This document shows, piece after piece, positions 10,199-19,958 of a stretch of 64,000 bases of DNA (its first letter is position 1; every line of letters begins with the position of its first letter). This DNA is from an uncultured bacterium. GTDB lineage: Bacteria > Patescibacteriota > Minisyncoccia > Phycocordibacterales > DATDWN01. The position numbers and the translations under genes are program-made. The notes below the pieces were generated by a model, which saw only the letters and a list, made by a program, of their open reading frames with translations, did not search any database and had not been told where the DNA came from. Location: assembly GCA_963727715.1 (NCBI GenBank), contig CAVSGX010000003.1, positions 157 through 64,156 of the forward strand, written 5' to 3'.

Positions 10199-11488
10199 TT
10201 ATTTTAACGCATCATTTAAATTTTGACTAGCTGAGTTTACAGAGTCGCTGATTTGGGACTGGCCACTGGTTATGGAATTTATCATACTGCCGAAGATACT
10301 GGACGTTTGCGAAGGATCCGGATCAACAAACGATCTTGCGATCAAGGCCGAATTGTAGAAAACCACGCGATATGGATCTGTCGGCAGATTGGACAAAAGA
10401 TCTCGACGGGCTGACGGCAGATTCGTTTGAGCTTCCAGAGCTGTCAGGGCGGCCGGCTCGGTCAGTGAAGTGACCAAAGTAAAAGCTCCTGCCACAGATT
10501 TGGATTGTTTGACAATGGCTGTGGCATAAATATGAGCGAAATCTATCTTATTTGTCCCACCGCGAATCTGCGGAATATCCGTGACATCAAAGTTTAAATT
10601 CGGATTTTTCTGTTGGACGGGAAAAAGTTCGCTGGCTTCTCCGACATACATAGCCAGATTGCCGGAAAGGAAAAAGTTTAAAGAAGAAGGTAAAGCTCTG
10701 TTCCAACTGTAATAAGCTGAAGTTGGGTTGGAAAATTGGGTGTAAAAATTCAAAGCCGACTCTGCCGGAGAAATCGCTTGGCCGGAATTTTCGTCCAAAA
10801 ACGAAGAGTATTTTTTTTGAGTGGAGTCGTAGCTTACAATCGGCGTGCCGGCTTGCAGAAAAAGTAAAGACAAAATTTCTTTGGCGTTTGTCACATTATC
10901 CCATTCACCAAAAGAGATAGCGCTTTGGGAGATATCGGCCGAGCTGTCTTTGATTGTGATTTTCCCGGTCAAGTTGTAAAGCTCGTCCCAATATTTCGGC
11001 GGGGTGGCGACCAGAGAGTTCCCAAAAAGATCGCGATTCCAGTACAAAACCAACGGATCAACATAAAGAGGCAAAGCGGTAACACCATCTGGCGTCAAAA
11101 ACATTTCAGCTTCTTGGGTGAAAGTATCTTTGAATGTTCTTTCGGAATAACTCGTGTAAGGTATAACTAAAAGTCTGTTTCGGTTTTTGTAGAGAGAATC
11201 TTCGCGCATGACCACCACATCCGGCCCGGTGCCGTCTGCCAAAGCTTCTATAAAATCGGTATCAAAACTGCTCTGATTTTTTTGGATATAATTTACATTG
11301 ATGTATTTATTTTTACTGACAGAAGATGCTTTGTATAAAGTAGTCCATTCGTCTTGAGACATAACCCCCCAAACTTTCAGATTGTACGTTGTTTGTCCGG
11401 CGCCGGCTTTGTACATAGCAAAAAGTATCACTCCAACGACGATGCTGACCGAGAAAATGGCAATGACGACGATTTTAAAATTACTCAT
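10199..11488 (-). CDS. Extracellular solute-binding protein (family 1-like)
   Basis: N-terminal TM, LKVWG, ALADGTGPDV, LPLYVDPLVLYWNRDLF, PPKYWDEL, F-SGNLAMY. Confidence 0.85.
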   Translation of the reverse strand: MSNFKIVVIAIFSVSIVVGVILFAMYKAGAGQTTYNLKVWGVMSQDEWTTLYKASSVSKNKYINVNYIQKNQSSFDTDFIEALADGTGPDVVVMREDSLYKNRNRLLVIPYTSYSERTFKDTFTQEAEMFLTPDGVTALPLYVDPLVLYWNRDLFGNSLVATPPKYWDELYNLTGKITIKDSSADISQSAISFGEWDNVTNAKEILSLLFLQAGTPIVSYDSTQKKYSSFLDENSGQAISPAESALNFYTQFSNPTSAYYSWNRALPSSLNFFLSGNLAMYVGEASELFPVQQKNPNLNFDVTDIPQIRGGTNKIDFAHIYATAIVKQSKSVAGAFTLVTSLTEPAALTALEAQTNLPSARRDLLSNLPTDPYRVVFYNSALIARSFVDPDPSQTSSIFGSMINSITSGQSQISDSVNSASQNLNDALK

Positions 11489-12012
11489 AATTTCTTGAAA
11501 ATTAAACCGTAATGATGAGGACCAGCAACAATTTCTCTATCCAAATGAAAACCGTTTTTTTCAAACATTTCTTGAGCGTCTTTTTTTAGAAAAACTTTTT
11601 CCGGCGCTGGGCCGATACCGCCGAAAGAATCGTTCCAATCCACAACCAAAACTCGTCCATTCGGTCTAAGAATCCGTTTGATTTCATCCAAAACAGCCTG
11701 CTTTTGTTCCAACTGAAAAAGAATGTTAGTCAAAAACACCAAATCAATAGAAGCGTCTGCCAAATGTGTGCCAGACGGTTTTTCAACGTCCCCCCAAATA
11801 ATTTCGACATTGTACAAACCCTGCGAAATGGCTTGGTTTCTTATTTTAACCAACAGGTCTTTTTGAACATCAATAGCATAAACTCGGCCGGTGGCGATCA
11901 AAGCTCTGGCCGCGGCGATAGTGTAAAAACCGGAACCGGCGCCGAAATCGGCGATTTCCATTCCAGCCTGTATACCGCAACTTTCCATAATTTTTTGAGG
12001 GTCAGAGAACAT
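11485..12012 (-). CDS. Class I SAM-dependent methyltransferase (start MFSDPQK)
   Basis: IADFGAGSG motif I; EIKRILRPNGRVLVVDW. Confidence 0.85.
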   Translation of the reverse strand: MFSDPQKIMESCGIQAGMEIADFGAGSGFYTIAAARALIATGRVYAIDVQKDLLVKIRNQAISQGLYNVEIIWGDVEKPSGTHLADASIDLVFLTNILFQLEQKQAVLDEIKRILRPNGRVLVVDWNDSFGGIGPAPEKVFLKKDAQEMFEKNGFHLDREIVAGPHHYGLIFKKL

Positions 12013-12058
12013 ATCTATATTATAGTATGAAAATTTATAAATGAAAAGAAAAAAGTGG

Positions 12059-12226
12059 ACAAATCTCACATCATTTTTATTTTTTGGAGACGAAAGCTCG
12101 GCCAGCGCCGAGCTTTCTCGGTCCTCGCCTCGGATTTGTCAAGAGCCCTCGCAAAGCTCGGGTCATTGACAAAACCAGCTCCTCGCCTGCGGATGCTCCA
12201 AAAAATAAAAATGATGTGAGATTTGT
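12059..12226. repeat. Fold-back element E1 (31-bp perfect terminal inverted repeat, structured core)
   Basis: ACAAATCTCACATCATTTTTATTTTTTGGAG and its exact reverse complement at 12196-12226; inner hairpins; CTCGGGTCATTGACAAAACC shared (reverse complement) with E11. Confidence 0.85.
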
Positions 12227-12268
12227 TAAGTTGTGATTTCAATATAAAAAATAAATTCCAATCAACAC

Positions 12269-12484
12269 TTAAGTTTTTCGGGACAGTTTTTTCTTTTCAG
12301 GATTTTGTCTGGGGGTCAATCCTTGTAATCGATTTCTTTCGCAATCACTTATGAACTGAGCATTTGCCAAATGAATATTTTCATCTACCTTAGATCCGAG
12401 AACCCTCGCCTCATCGGCCAATCTCAATTCTCTCAATTCTTTCATCAAAGGATCATCATCTGAATGATCGCACGAATAGGACAT
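12269..12484 (-). CDS. Small hypothetical protein
   Basis: 70-aa ORF with GGAGG SD upstream; no recognisable motif. Confidence 0.5.
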   Translation of the reverse strand: MSYSCDHSDDDPLMKELRELRLADEARVLGSKVDENIHLANAQFISDCERNRLQGLTPRQNPEKKKLSRKT

Positions 12485-12506
12485 ATTGCCTCCGATAAGA
12501 AATATA

Positions 12507-14984
12507 CTACAAACAAATTAGAGATGCAATCGAATCCCCTTCTCGTAATTTCATTATCCGAACGCCTTGAGTCTGACGGCCGAGGGTTGGAATTTCTTTG
12601 ACGTCAACACGAATGACTTGCGATTTTTTGGAAATGGAGACGACTTCGGCGTCGCCGCCTTCAAAAACTTTGGCTGAAATAAGAATGCCTGTTTTGGACG
12701 TCACTTTGGCTGTTTTGATACCTGATCCGCCACGTTTCTGGATTTTGTACTCGTCAACATCTGTGCGCTTGCCGTAGCCGTTTTGAGAGATGACCATCAG
12801 CGTCGGCGTGTCCGATTCCTTGTGAATAACATCGGAAGAAATAACATAATCGCCTTTTTTCAAACGCATCCCACGCACACCCATTGAAGTTCGGCCTGTC
12901 TCGCGGATATCCGACTCGCGGAAATGAATGGCCTGACCTTTGGCCGTGACGATCATATTGGTATCGCCTTTGTGAACGAAGGAAGCTGAAATGAGTTCGT
13001 CGCCCGGATCCAGTGTGATGGCGATAATGCCGGAGATGCGCACATCGCTGAAGCTGGCCGCTTTGCATTTTTTGATTACACCCTGTTTGGTGACCATAAG
13101 AAGTGAGGCGTCGGATTTTTTAACTTCTTTCGGCATCGGCAAAATGGAAGTGATTTTCTCACCTTCGGAAAGTGGCAAAAAGTTTTGAACAGACTTGCCA
13201 CGCGTGGCCCTGCGACCCTCCGGAATGTCGTACATTTTGGTTTGGTAAGCTTTGCCACGATCGGTGAAGAACAAAAGGTCGCTGTGTGTGGAAGCGAGTA
13301 AAAGAGTCGTCACGAAGTCTTCCTCTTTGGTGTCCAGATCTACTACGCCGACTCCCCCGCGTTTTTGTTTGCGGAATTCATCTGGGTTGGTGCGTTTGAT
13401 ATAACCGCCGGCTGTCAGTACCAGCGCGTTTTCCTCGTCTGGCACTAAATCCTCGACAGACAAAACCTGCGCGCCACCTTTTATGATGCGGGTGCATCTG
13501 TCGTCGCCGTATTTTTCTTTGATGGCCTTGGACTCATCTTTGATGATTGACAAAATCTTTTTAGCGCTGGCCAAAATGGTTTTCAACTCCTCAATCAAAA
13601 GTTCCACCGCTTTGAGTTCATCTTCCACTTTTTTGCGTTCCAGTCCGGCCAAACGTTGCAATTTCATTTCCAAAATAGCCGTGGCTTGAATAGTCGAAAA
13701 TTTGAATTCTTTCATCAAGTTTCGATGAGCCTCCATTGTATCTTTTGAAGCGCGAATAAGTTTGACGATAGCGTCAATGTGGTCCAGAGCTTTTTTCAGG
13801 CCGAGCAAAATATGCTCGCGCTCCAAAGCTTTTTTCAAATCAAATTCTGTCCGACGACGGATGATTTCTTTGCGGTGTTTTATAAATTCCTCCAGGATGT
13901 CCTTGAGCGACAGCGTCTGTGGCACGCCGTCAACCAGTGCGACCATATTGTAGTGGAAAGGATCTTCCAGTTGAGTGTGTTTGTATAAAAAGTTCAGAAC
14001 TGTCTGTGGGTGAGCCGTGCCTTTGAGATCAATAACAATGCGGATGTCGTTGGTTGATTCGTCTCGGATATCTTTAACACCCTCCAGTTTTTTGTTACGG
14101 ATTAAATCAACGATTTTTACTATCAACTCTGATTTGTTGACGCGGAAAGGAATGGAGGTGATGACGATTTGAAAATTACCAGCTTTGTTCTCCACAATTT
14201 CGGCCGCTCCTCTAATCACCACCCCGCCTTTGCCTGTGGCGTAAGCGTGAGCGATGTCTTTTTGTCCGAAAGCGATAACCGGACCACAACCGAGCGGGAA
14301 ATCCGGACCTTTGACGAACTGCAGAAGATCCTCTGTGGTGGCGTCAGGATTGTCCGCCAAATGTATCGTGGCGTCCATCACTTCGTTTAGATTGTGCGGG
14401 GGGATGTTCGTAGCCATGCCGACGGCGATACCGAGTGTGCCGTTTAAAAGAAGGTTTGGCACGGCGGATGGCAGAACAGTCGGCTCTTTTTTGGTACCGT
14501 CATAATTCGGCACAAAATTAACTGTTTCTTTTTCTATGTCGCGTAAAATTTCGGCGCAGATTTTTGACATCTTGGCCTCGGTGTAACGCATGGCTGCCGG
14601 TGGGTCGCCATCAATGTTCCCGAAGTTACCTTGGCCGATAACCAGTGGATAGCGCATGGTGAAAGGTTGAGCCATTTTGACCAGAGAATCGTAAATGGCC
14701 ACATCGCCATGCGGGTGGTAGTTGCCCATGGTGTCGGAGACAGGCACAGCCGACTTGCGTGTTTTGCCACCAGCGGTCAGGTTTGCCTCGTTCATTGCAA
14801 AAAGGATGCGACGATGCACCGGCTTGAGGCCATCTCGTACATTCGGCAAGGCGCGGTCGGTGATGACCGACATAGCGTAGTCTATGAAAGACTCTTTCAT
14901 TTCGGTCGTGATTTCACGCTGGATCACACTTACTCTCTGTGGTAATTCACCACCCTCAGCAATTTTTGTGTCGTTTTTAGCCAT
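12507..14984 (-). CDS. gyrA: DNA gyrase subunit A
   Basis: [28 protein letters not shown], GyrA-box QKRGGVG, C-terminal pinwheel repeats. Confidence 0.98.
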   Translation of the reverse strand: MAKNDTKIAEGGELPQRVSVIQREITTEMKESFIDYAMSVITDRALPNVRDGLKPVHRRILFAMNEANLTAGGKTRKSAVPVSDTMGNYHPHGDVAIYDSLVKMAQPFTMRYPLVIGQGNFGNIDGDPPAAMRYTEAKMSKICAEILRDIEKETVNFVPNYDGTKKEPTVLPSAVPNLLLNGTLGIAVGMATNIPPHNLNEVMDATIHLADNPDATTEDLLQFVKGPDFPLGCGPVIAFGQKDIAHAYATGKGGVVIRGAAEIVENKAGNFQIVITSIPFRVNKSELIVKIVDLIRNKKLEGVKDIRDESTNDIRIVIDLKGTAHPQTVLNFLYKHTQLEDPFHYNMVALVDGVPQTLSLKDILEEFIKHRKEIIRRRTEFDLKKALEREHILLGLKKALDHIDAIVKLIRASKDTMEAHRNLMKEFKFSTIQATAILEMKLQRLAGLERKKVEDELKAVELLIEELKTILASAKKILSIIKDESKAIKEKYGDDRCTRIIKGGAQVLSVEDLVPDEENALVLTAGGYIKRTNPDEFRKQKRGGVGVVDLDTKEEDFVTTLLLASTHSDLLFFTDRGKAYQTKMYDIPEGRRATRGKSVQNFLPLSEGEKITSILPMPKEVKKSDASLLMVTKQGVIKKCKAASFSDVRISGIIAITLDPGDELISASFVHKGDTNMIVTAKGQAIHFRESDIRETGRTSMGVRGMRLKKGDYVISSDVIHKESDTPTLMVISQNGYGKRTDVDEYKIQKRGGSGIKTAKVTSKTGILISAKVFEGGDAEVVSISKKSQVIRVDVKEIPTLGRQTQGVRIMKLREGDSIASLICL

Positions 14985-15049
14985 AAATTATAAAGGTATT
15001 ATAGCATATTGTCGTTTAAAATTCAAAGCGAATTTTGTGAATTCGGGAC

Positions 15050-15273
15050 ACAAAACCACACACAATTATTTTTCAGAGCACGGATAAATTTCTGCTGAAA
15101 TTTTCCTTTCGCTCAGCGATCAAGAAAACAATCAACTCTGATTCGTAGCTCTCCGCAAACAGCCTCGGCCGCCCCTTCTTTCAGAGGGGTCGCTGCTACG
15201 AGCTTACTTCATCCTCACTGTTGTTTTCTAATTGCTTCTGCAGTCTCTGAAGAATAATTGTGTGTGGTTTTGT
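15050..15273. repeat. Fold-back element E2
   Basis: 28/29-bp terminal IR ACAAAACCACACACAATTATTYTTCAGAG; core AAATTTCTGCTGAAATTT...CGCTCAGCGATCAAGAAAACAAT...TTGTTTTCTAATTG. Confidence 0.85.
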
Positions 15274-15293
15274 TAGTGCCAGATTCGAGTACG

Positions 15294-15923
15294 AAAAAAC
15301 TCCCATCTGCGTAATTGCAGACGAGAGTTGTGTGTGGAGGGGGGCGACTACTTATTCATTGCTAAGTTCGCAGTGTCTGCGAGCTTGAAGCTTTGTAACG
15401 TTCATCACCCCACTCTCCCTTGGTTTTGAAAGACATTTTTAATTCCCTTCAGCAGGCCTACGTTAGTTCGGCCAGATATCAGGAATCTACTAGTGCCCTT
15501 CTGGGTGGCCAAATGTCACCCGTATCGAGATTTTGGGTCAATCGGTGACCCGGTCCGGATTGGTAACTTTTAAGTTACCGACGCATCTAAATTCCCGAGT
15601 AACGCCCCGGGAAGAGGGTCACCCGCCCGGGATCCTAACTCGAACAAATTAAGGGGCGGGGCCCAGTGTCATTTCTTGTATTCCTGCCCGAGGAGATATC
15701 CGTCTGCGTTCATCACGCAAGTTTGGTAGGTTTTGCCGTACCTTTACCGGCCTCTTTTCGGGTGCGGGGGCTAGATACCCTCCTTTGGGCGCTAATTTTT
15801 AGGTGTAGCAGCCCTCATCCCGATCATCGTGATCGGAACCGCCGAAGATTTTTCCATGTCTTCGGTCAGGATTGGGTCCTAGTTTCCTAGGCCCGGCCCG
15901 ATTTCAGACGAGTCAAAGGCATC
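15294..15923 (-). ncRNA. Candidate large structured RNA / leader with tiny 3' ORF(s), interrupted near its 5' end by IS30
   Basis: GC-rich, no credible long ORF, many hairpins, terminator at 15294-15330, promoter at 16973-17001 beyond the IS. Confidence 0.55.
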
Positions 15924-16952
15924 CCCTAGCCACCTTTGAAGTAGGACAGTTAGAATTAATGCATTAGTCGAAAATTAATTTTAATTGTCATATGAAAAAC
16001 AAATATCATCATTTGTCTTTTGAAGAGAGGTTTTGTATTGAAAAGATGTATTGCGCCGGTTCGGCCATTCGCAAAATTGCCGAATTTCTCGGTCGGAGTG
16101 TCAACACTGTGAGCAGAGAAATACAAAAACACAGTGTTAATGGGGTGTATGAAGCGGAAAAAGCCAAGCAGAAAGTTTCAATGAAAAGATGGCGAGCCAA
16201 ACAGCAGTGTCTGAAAGTGGCGCTTGACCCGTTTCTCTGTCGATTCGTGGTGGAACGATTAACCAAGCCGTATCATTGGTCGCCGAAGCAGATTAGCGGG
16301 TATCTTGAATGTGAAATGGGTATCATCTGCTCGGCCAAAGCCATATACAAATTTGCCGAGTCGAGAGGTCTAAACCACCTGCTTTTTTGGGGTTGGAACA
16401 ATCACAAGGGTGGGAGAAAACGAAATCATTGGAAGCACATTCAGGATGGCAGGAAGTATATTGATGTCAGACCGGAGAGAAAAGGTCTAGGACACATTGA
16501 GCTCGATTTCATCGTTTCCAAAGACAGTTCGTGGGTACTTTTGGTTGCTGTGGATTGGCAAGCCAAAAGAACATGGGTCAGGAAACTGCCCAACAGAAAA
16601 CGCGACACTATTCGTGCCGCGCTTTCCCGTCTGTTCCATGGTGTTGAATTGAAGAGCATCACCACAGACAACGATATTGCATTCACCTGTTGGAAAGAGT
16701 TGGAAACTCTCCTGCAAGTGCCAATCTATTTTACACATCCATACCATTCTTGGGAAAAAGGTCTGGTGGAAAACACCAACAGATGGATCAGATGTTTTGT
16801 GCCTAAACGAAGAGATATTGAGTCAGTCACTGAGGAAGAATTGCAAGAAATACATTCCTTCCTAAACAACCGACCGAGAGAAGTGATTGGCTTCCGCGCG
16901 CCAATGAGTTATTATTCAAACATTAGTTCTGTCCTACTTGAGGGGTAATTGG
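15924..16952 (+). mobile_element. IS30-family insertion sequence, copy 1
   Basis: Imperfect IRs CCCTAGCCACCTTTGAAGTAGGACAG / CTGTCCTACTTGAGGGGTAATTGG; AGGCATC direct repeat on both flanks; near-identical to 36789-37819. Confidence 0.92.
15992..16948 (+). CDS. IS30-family transposase
   Basis: HTH (IRKIAEFLGRSVNTVSREI), WSPKQI, GHIELD, SITTDND, PYHSWEKGLVENTN, LNNRPR. Confidence 0.95.
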   Translation: MKNKYHHLSFEERFCIEKMYCAGSAIRKIAEFLGRSVNTVSREIQKHSVNGVYEAEKAKQKVSMKRWRAKQQCLKVALDPFLCRFVVERLTKPYHWSPKQISGYLECEMGIICSAKAIYKFAESRGLNHLLFWGWNNHKGGRKRNHWKHIQDGRKYIDVRPERKGLGHIELDFIVSKDSSWVLLVAVDWQAKRTWVRKLPNRKRDTIRAALSRLFHGVELKSITTDNDIAFTCWKELETLLQVPIYFTHPYHSWEKGLVENTNRWIRCFVPKRRDIESVTEEELQEIHSFLNNRPREVIGFRAPMSYYSNISSVLLEG

Positions 16953-16972
16953 AGGCATCATATTCCGCAATA

Positions 16973-17001
16973 AGCCTATCACAGAATAAAAAATCTGTCA
17001 A
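16973..17001 (-). promoter_or_regulatory. Sigma70-type promoter pointing into IS30 copy 1 and the structured RNA
   Basis: TTGACA-N17-TAGGCT with TGn extension on the minus strand. Confidence 0.6.
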
Positions 17002-17151
17002 GTGATTTTGGAAAAAAAAGCAAAATTCTTTTTCTGAATTCAAAAATAACCTTATTTTAAGCCATTTTTGAGAGGTCAAAAAATATTGAGTAATTTTTGT
17101 TTTTTGTTCTTTTCCAACTTTTTACCACGAACACTTTAAATTTCTGGTCAC

Positions 17152-19431
17152 TCACTTTGCCACTGCCACAGCTTCGTCAAAAGCCACCGAGAGCAGTTTG
17201 GAACCGCCGTTTTGGTTCATTGTCACGCCGTAAAGAATGCCGGCACGGGACATTGTTTCGCGATTGTGAGTGATGACGATGAGTTGGGAAAATTTGGAAA
17301 GGTTCTCCAGCATATCGGCGTATTTTTTTGAGTTGGCTTCGTCGAGGGCCGCGTCGGTTTCGTCCAAAATAATAAATGGTGGAGGATTGACTTGAGAGAT
17401 GGCAAAAAGCAAAGCGATGGATGTCAAAGCTCTCTCGCCTCCGGAAAGCATCATCAAACCTTTGACTTTCTTTTTCGGCAGAACAACTTCTATTTCAATT
17501 CCCTCTTCTTCTTTATCATCCTCAGCAAATTCTTCCTCTTCATTTGTTTGTGTTTGTTCCATATCTAAGTTTTCATCGCCAAACAAAAGGGTGTCATCTC
17601 TACTTTTCTTTTTTACTATTTTAATAATTGTCAGTTCCGCCTTTCCTCCGCCAAACATCAAAACAAAATAATCTTGGAATTGGGCGTTTATTTTTTCTAC
17701 GCCGATTTTAAACTCGCTATTCAAACGACCGTCCAAGTCAGCGATGAGTTCGGTCAAAGAATCAGCTGATTTTTCCAGATCGGTCAACTCCCTGGAAAGA
17801 AAAGCATCTCGCTCGGAAATTTCGTTGTACTCTTTCAAAACATCGGCTCCACCGACGTTGTCGCTGTCTTCCAAACGGATTTTTATCTTCTCAATTGTTC
17901 GCCTTCGCTCCTCCTGTTTTTCGCGCGGTTCGGAAAAATCAAAAACAAGCAACTGAAATTGCAAAACAGCTGGTCCGAGCATCATAGAAAGTTCGGTTAT
18001 TTCTCTTTTGAAATCATCTCGAACAATGCGCAAAGTTTCTTCCTCACTGGCTAGGGCGCGCAAATCGGAGTGCACTTCCTGTTCTTCGGCCATAATCCGA
18101 AAAACCGCTTTCTCGGCGTCACGGCCGGAATCTTTCTCCTTATTTATTTTTTCCTGCAAAGCCGAATACTCGGCTGAAAGTTTTTGTTCTTCGTCGACAA
18201 TTTTTTGCATTTGCTCGGCCACCATCTTTTTGTCATCAGCCAAAACATCTAAATCTTTTTGAGCTTCGCCGAGAAGAGTGGTGTCCACCTTGTCTTTGTT
18301 GTTGTCAATGAATTCGGAAATGGCGGAACTTATTTCATCCAGCGCCTTTAAAATCATCTCCATGTTTTGCAAATTTTTTGCGCCGGATATTTTTTGATTG
18401 ACATTTTGGTAAAGGGCTTCCACCGAAACCAGTGTGACGGTTTTGTGAAGATATGAATTGGCGATTTCCTCCTGTTTTTTTATCATTCGCGACAGAGAAA
18501 TAATTTCTCCATCCAGCCGTCCCGACTCGCGCAAAAGCTCGTCTTTTTTCTGGCGAACAGCCGAGAGTTCATTCCCCAAAGAAATTAGTTTGTTGCTGGT
18601 CAAATCGCGGTGCTCGGCATTTTCCAAAATATTTTTGGCGGTTTCAAGTTCTTTTTTCAAACGATCTTCCTCTTTTTTTAATGGTCTCTTTTTTTCTTCA
18701 ATTTCAGTTGTTTTGCGTTTGATGTATTCATCCTCTCGTCGCAAATATTCCATGGCCTGCTCGTGCAATTCTTCTTTCATCCGTAAAGTTTTCTGGTTTT
18801 TCTCCACCTGCTTTTTCAAAAATTTAATGTGGGGCAAAATTTCCCGACGCAAAGATTCCACTTGCCGAATATTTTCACGCGTCTTTTCCAATTTTTTCTG
18901 GCTTTCCTGTTTTTTGTATTGGTACATCTTCAAACCCAAAGCGTCCTCAATCATTTCCCGACGCTCTTTCGGACTTGCTCCCAAGATTCTGTCAGCCTCG
19001 CCTTGCGAGATAATGTGATGACCGGAGGCGCCGATGTGAGCCGAAGCCAAAAGTTCAACCACATCGCGCAGACGCACCTGCGAGCCATTAATCAAATATT
19101 CATTCACTCCATCGCGGTGAACTACCCGTTCCACTAAAACATCTTCAAAATCAATAGGCAGAAATTTTTTGCTGTTATCAAAAACAACTTTGACTGAAGC
19201 CCGACCGGCTCTGGGCAAATCTCCCACTCCGTTCCAAATCAAATCCTCACCGCGTTTGCCACGCAAAGATTTGATGGACTGCTCGCCGAGGACAAAACGA
19301 AATGCCTCGGCAATATTTGATTTGCCGGAACCATTTGGCCCGACGATAGCCGAAATCGGCGAAGAAAACAAAAGCTCGCTTTTCTTGGCGAAACTTTTAA
19401 AACCGGAGAGTTCGATGCTTTTCAGATACAT
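17152..19431 (-). CDS. smc: SMC-family ATPase, shortened (~760 aa; start MYLKSIEL)
   Basis: GFKSF, GPNGSGKSN, IISQG, LSGGE, ILDETDAALD, ITHN. Confidence 0.9.
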   Translation of the reverse strand: MYLKSIELSGFKSFAKKSELLFSSPISAIVGPNGSGKSNIAEAFRFVLGEQSIKSLRGKRGEDLIWNGVGDLPRAGRASVKVVFDNSKKFLPIDFEDVLVERVVHRDGVNEYLINGSQVRLRDVVELLASAHIGASGHHIISQGEADRILGASPKERREMIEDALGLKMYQYKKQESQKKLEKTRENIRQVESLRREILPHIKFLKKQVEKNQKTLRMKEELHEQAMEYLRREDEYIKRKTTEIEEKKRPLKKEEDRLKKELETAKNILENAEHRDLTSNKLISLGNELSAVRQKKDELLRESGRLDGEIISLSRMIKKQEEIANSYLHKTVTLVSVEALYQNVNQKISGAKNLQNMEMILKALDEISSAISEFIDNNKDKVDTTLLGEAQKDLDVLADDKKMVAEQMQKIVDEEQKLSAEYSALQEKINKEKDSGRDAEKAVFRIMAEEQEVHSDLRALASEEETLRIVRDDFKREITELSMMLGPAVLQFQLLVFDFSEPREKQEERRRTIEKIKIRLEDSDNVGGADVLKEYNEISERDAFLSRELTDLEKSADSLTELIADLDGRLNSEFKIGVEKINAQFQDYFVLMFGGGKAELTIIKIVKKKSRDDTLLFGDENLDMEQTQTNEEEEFAEDDKEEEGIEIEVVLPKKKVKGLMMLSGGERALTSIALLFAISQVNPPPFIILDETDAALDEANSKKYADMLENLSKFSQLIVITHNRETMSRAGILYGVTMNQNGGSKLLSVAFDEAVAVAK

Positions 19432-19445
19432 GAGAATATGATAAC

Positions 19446-19620
19446 ACAAATTTCTTTCTGCCAAAATCTTTTCCGCCACCAGAATAATTTTCTGGTGAAA
19501 ATTTTCTTCTCGCTCGTCGGTCAAGAAAACAATATCCTCGATGCGTATGCTCGCATCTATGTCTTTGTTTTCTAACCTCCTGCGCGATGTGCCGGAAAAG
19601 ATTTTGCAAAAGAAATTTGT
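19446..19620. repeat. Fold-back element E3
   Basis: Terminal IR ACAAATTTCTTT...AAAATCTTTTCCG; core AATTTTCTGGTGAAAATT...CGCTCGTCGGTCAAGAAAACAAT...TTGTTTTCTAA. Confidence 0.8.
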
Positions 19621-19696
19621 TTAGTGGTGAAAGTTGGATACAGAAAAACCGCCGACCGTGGCCAAACGGTTTCCCATTGGCGCCGGTTGGCGGGTG

Positions 19697-19868
19697 TTAT
19701 CTCTTTCTCCTGATCTTCCAAATCGTTCCCGGAGGCCAATCATTTTTCTCCGTAGAGAGAATCTGTTCCTCAGCCTCTTTTCTGCTGGTCGCATTGAACT
19801 CCCAGCTTGCCTTTCTCTTGAGCCAACTTCCATTGTGAGAAGCTGTAACCCTGTAAGTATATCTTCAT
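19697..19868 (-). CDS. Small orphan protein (MKIYLQGYSF...; apparently frameshifted)
   Basis: TTGACA-N16-TATAAT promoter, AAGGAG SD, ATG 19868; a second frame EAEEQILSTEKNDWPPGTIWKIRRKR* ends right at a terminator. Confidence 0.4.
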
Positions 19869-19958
19869 GGCTCTCCTTCCACTGGGAATTATAGACCTTT
19901 TATATTATTTGTCAAGCACGAAAAAGTGGCTAGAAATAAAGCTAAAAATTAAAAATTG

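Noticed and set aside
15294-15923. RNase P RNA, tmRNA, group I/II intron or c-di-AMP riboswitch
   Set aside because: No GAGGAAAGTCC, no tRNA-like ends and no domain V or P7 signature; only a short ACTAACGTAGGC resemblance to ydaO, which is insufficient.
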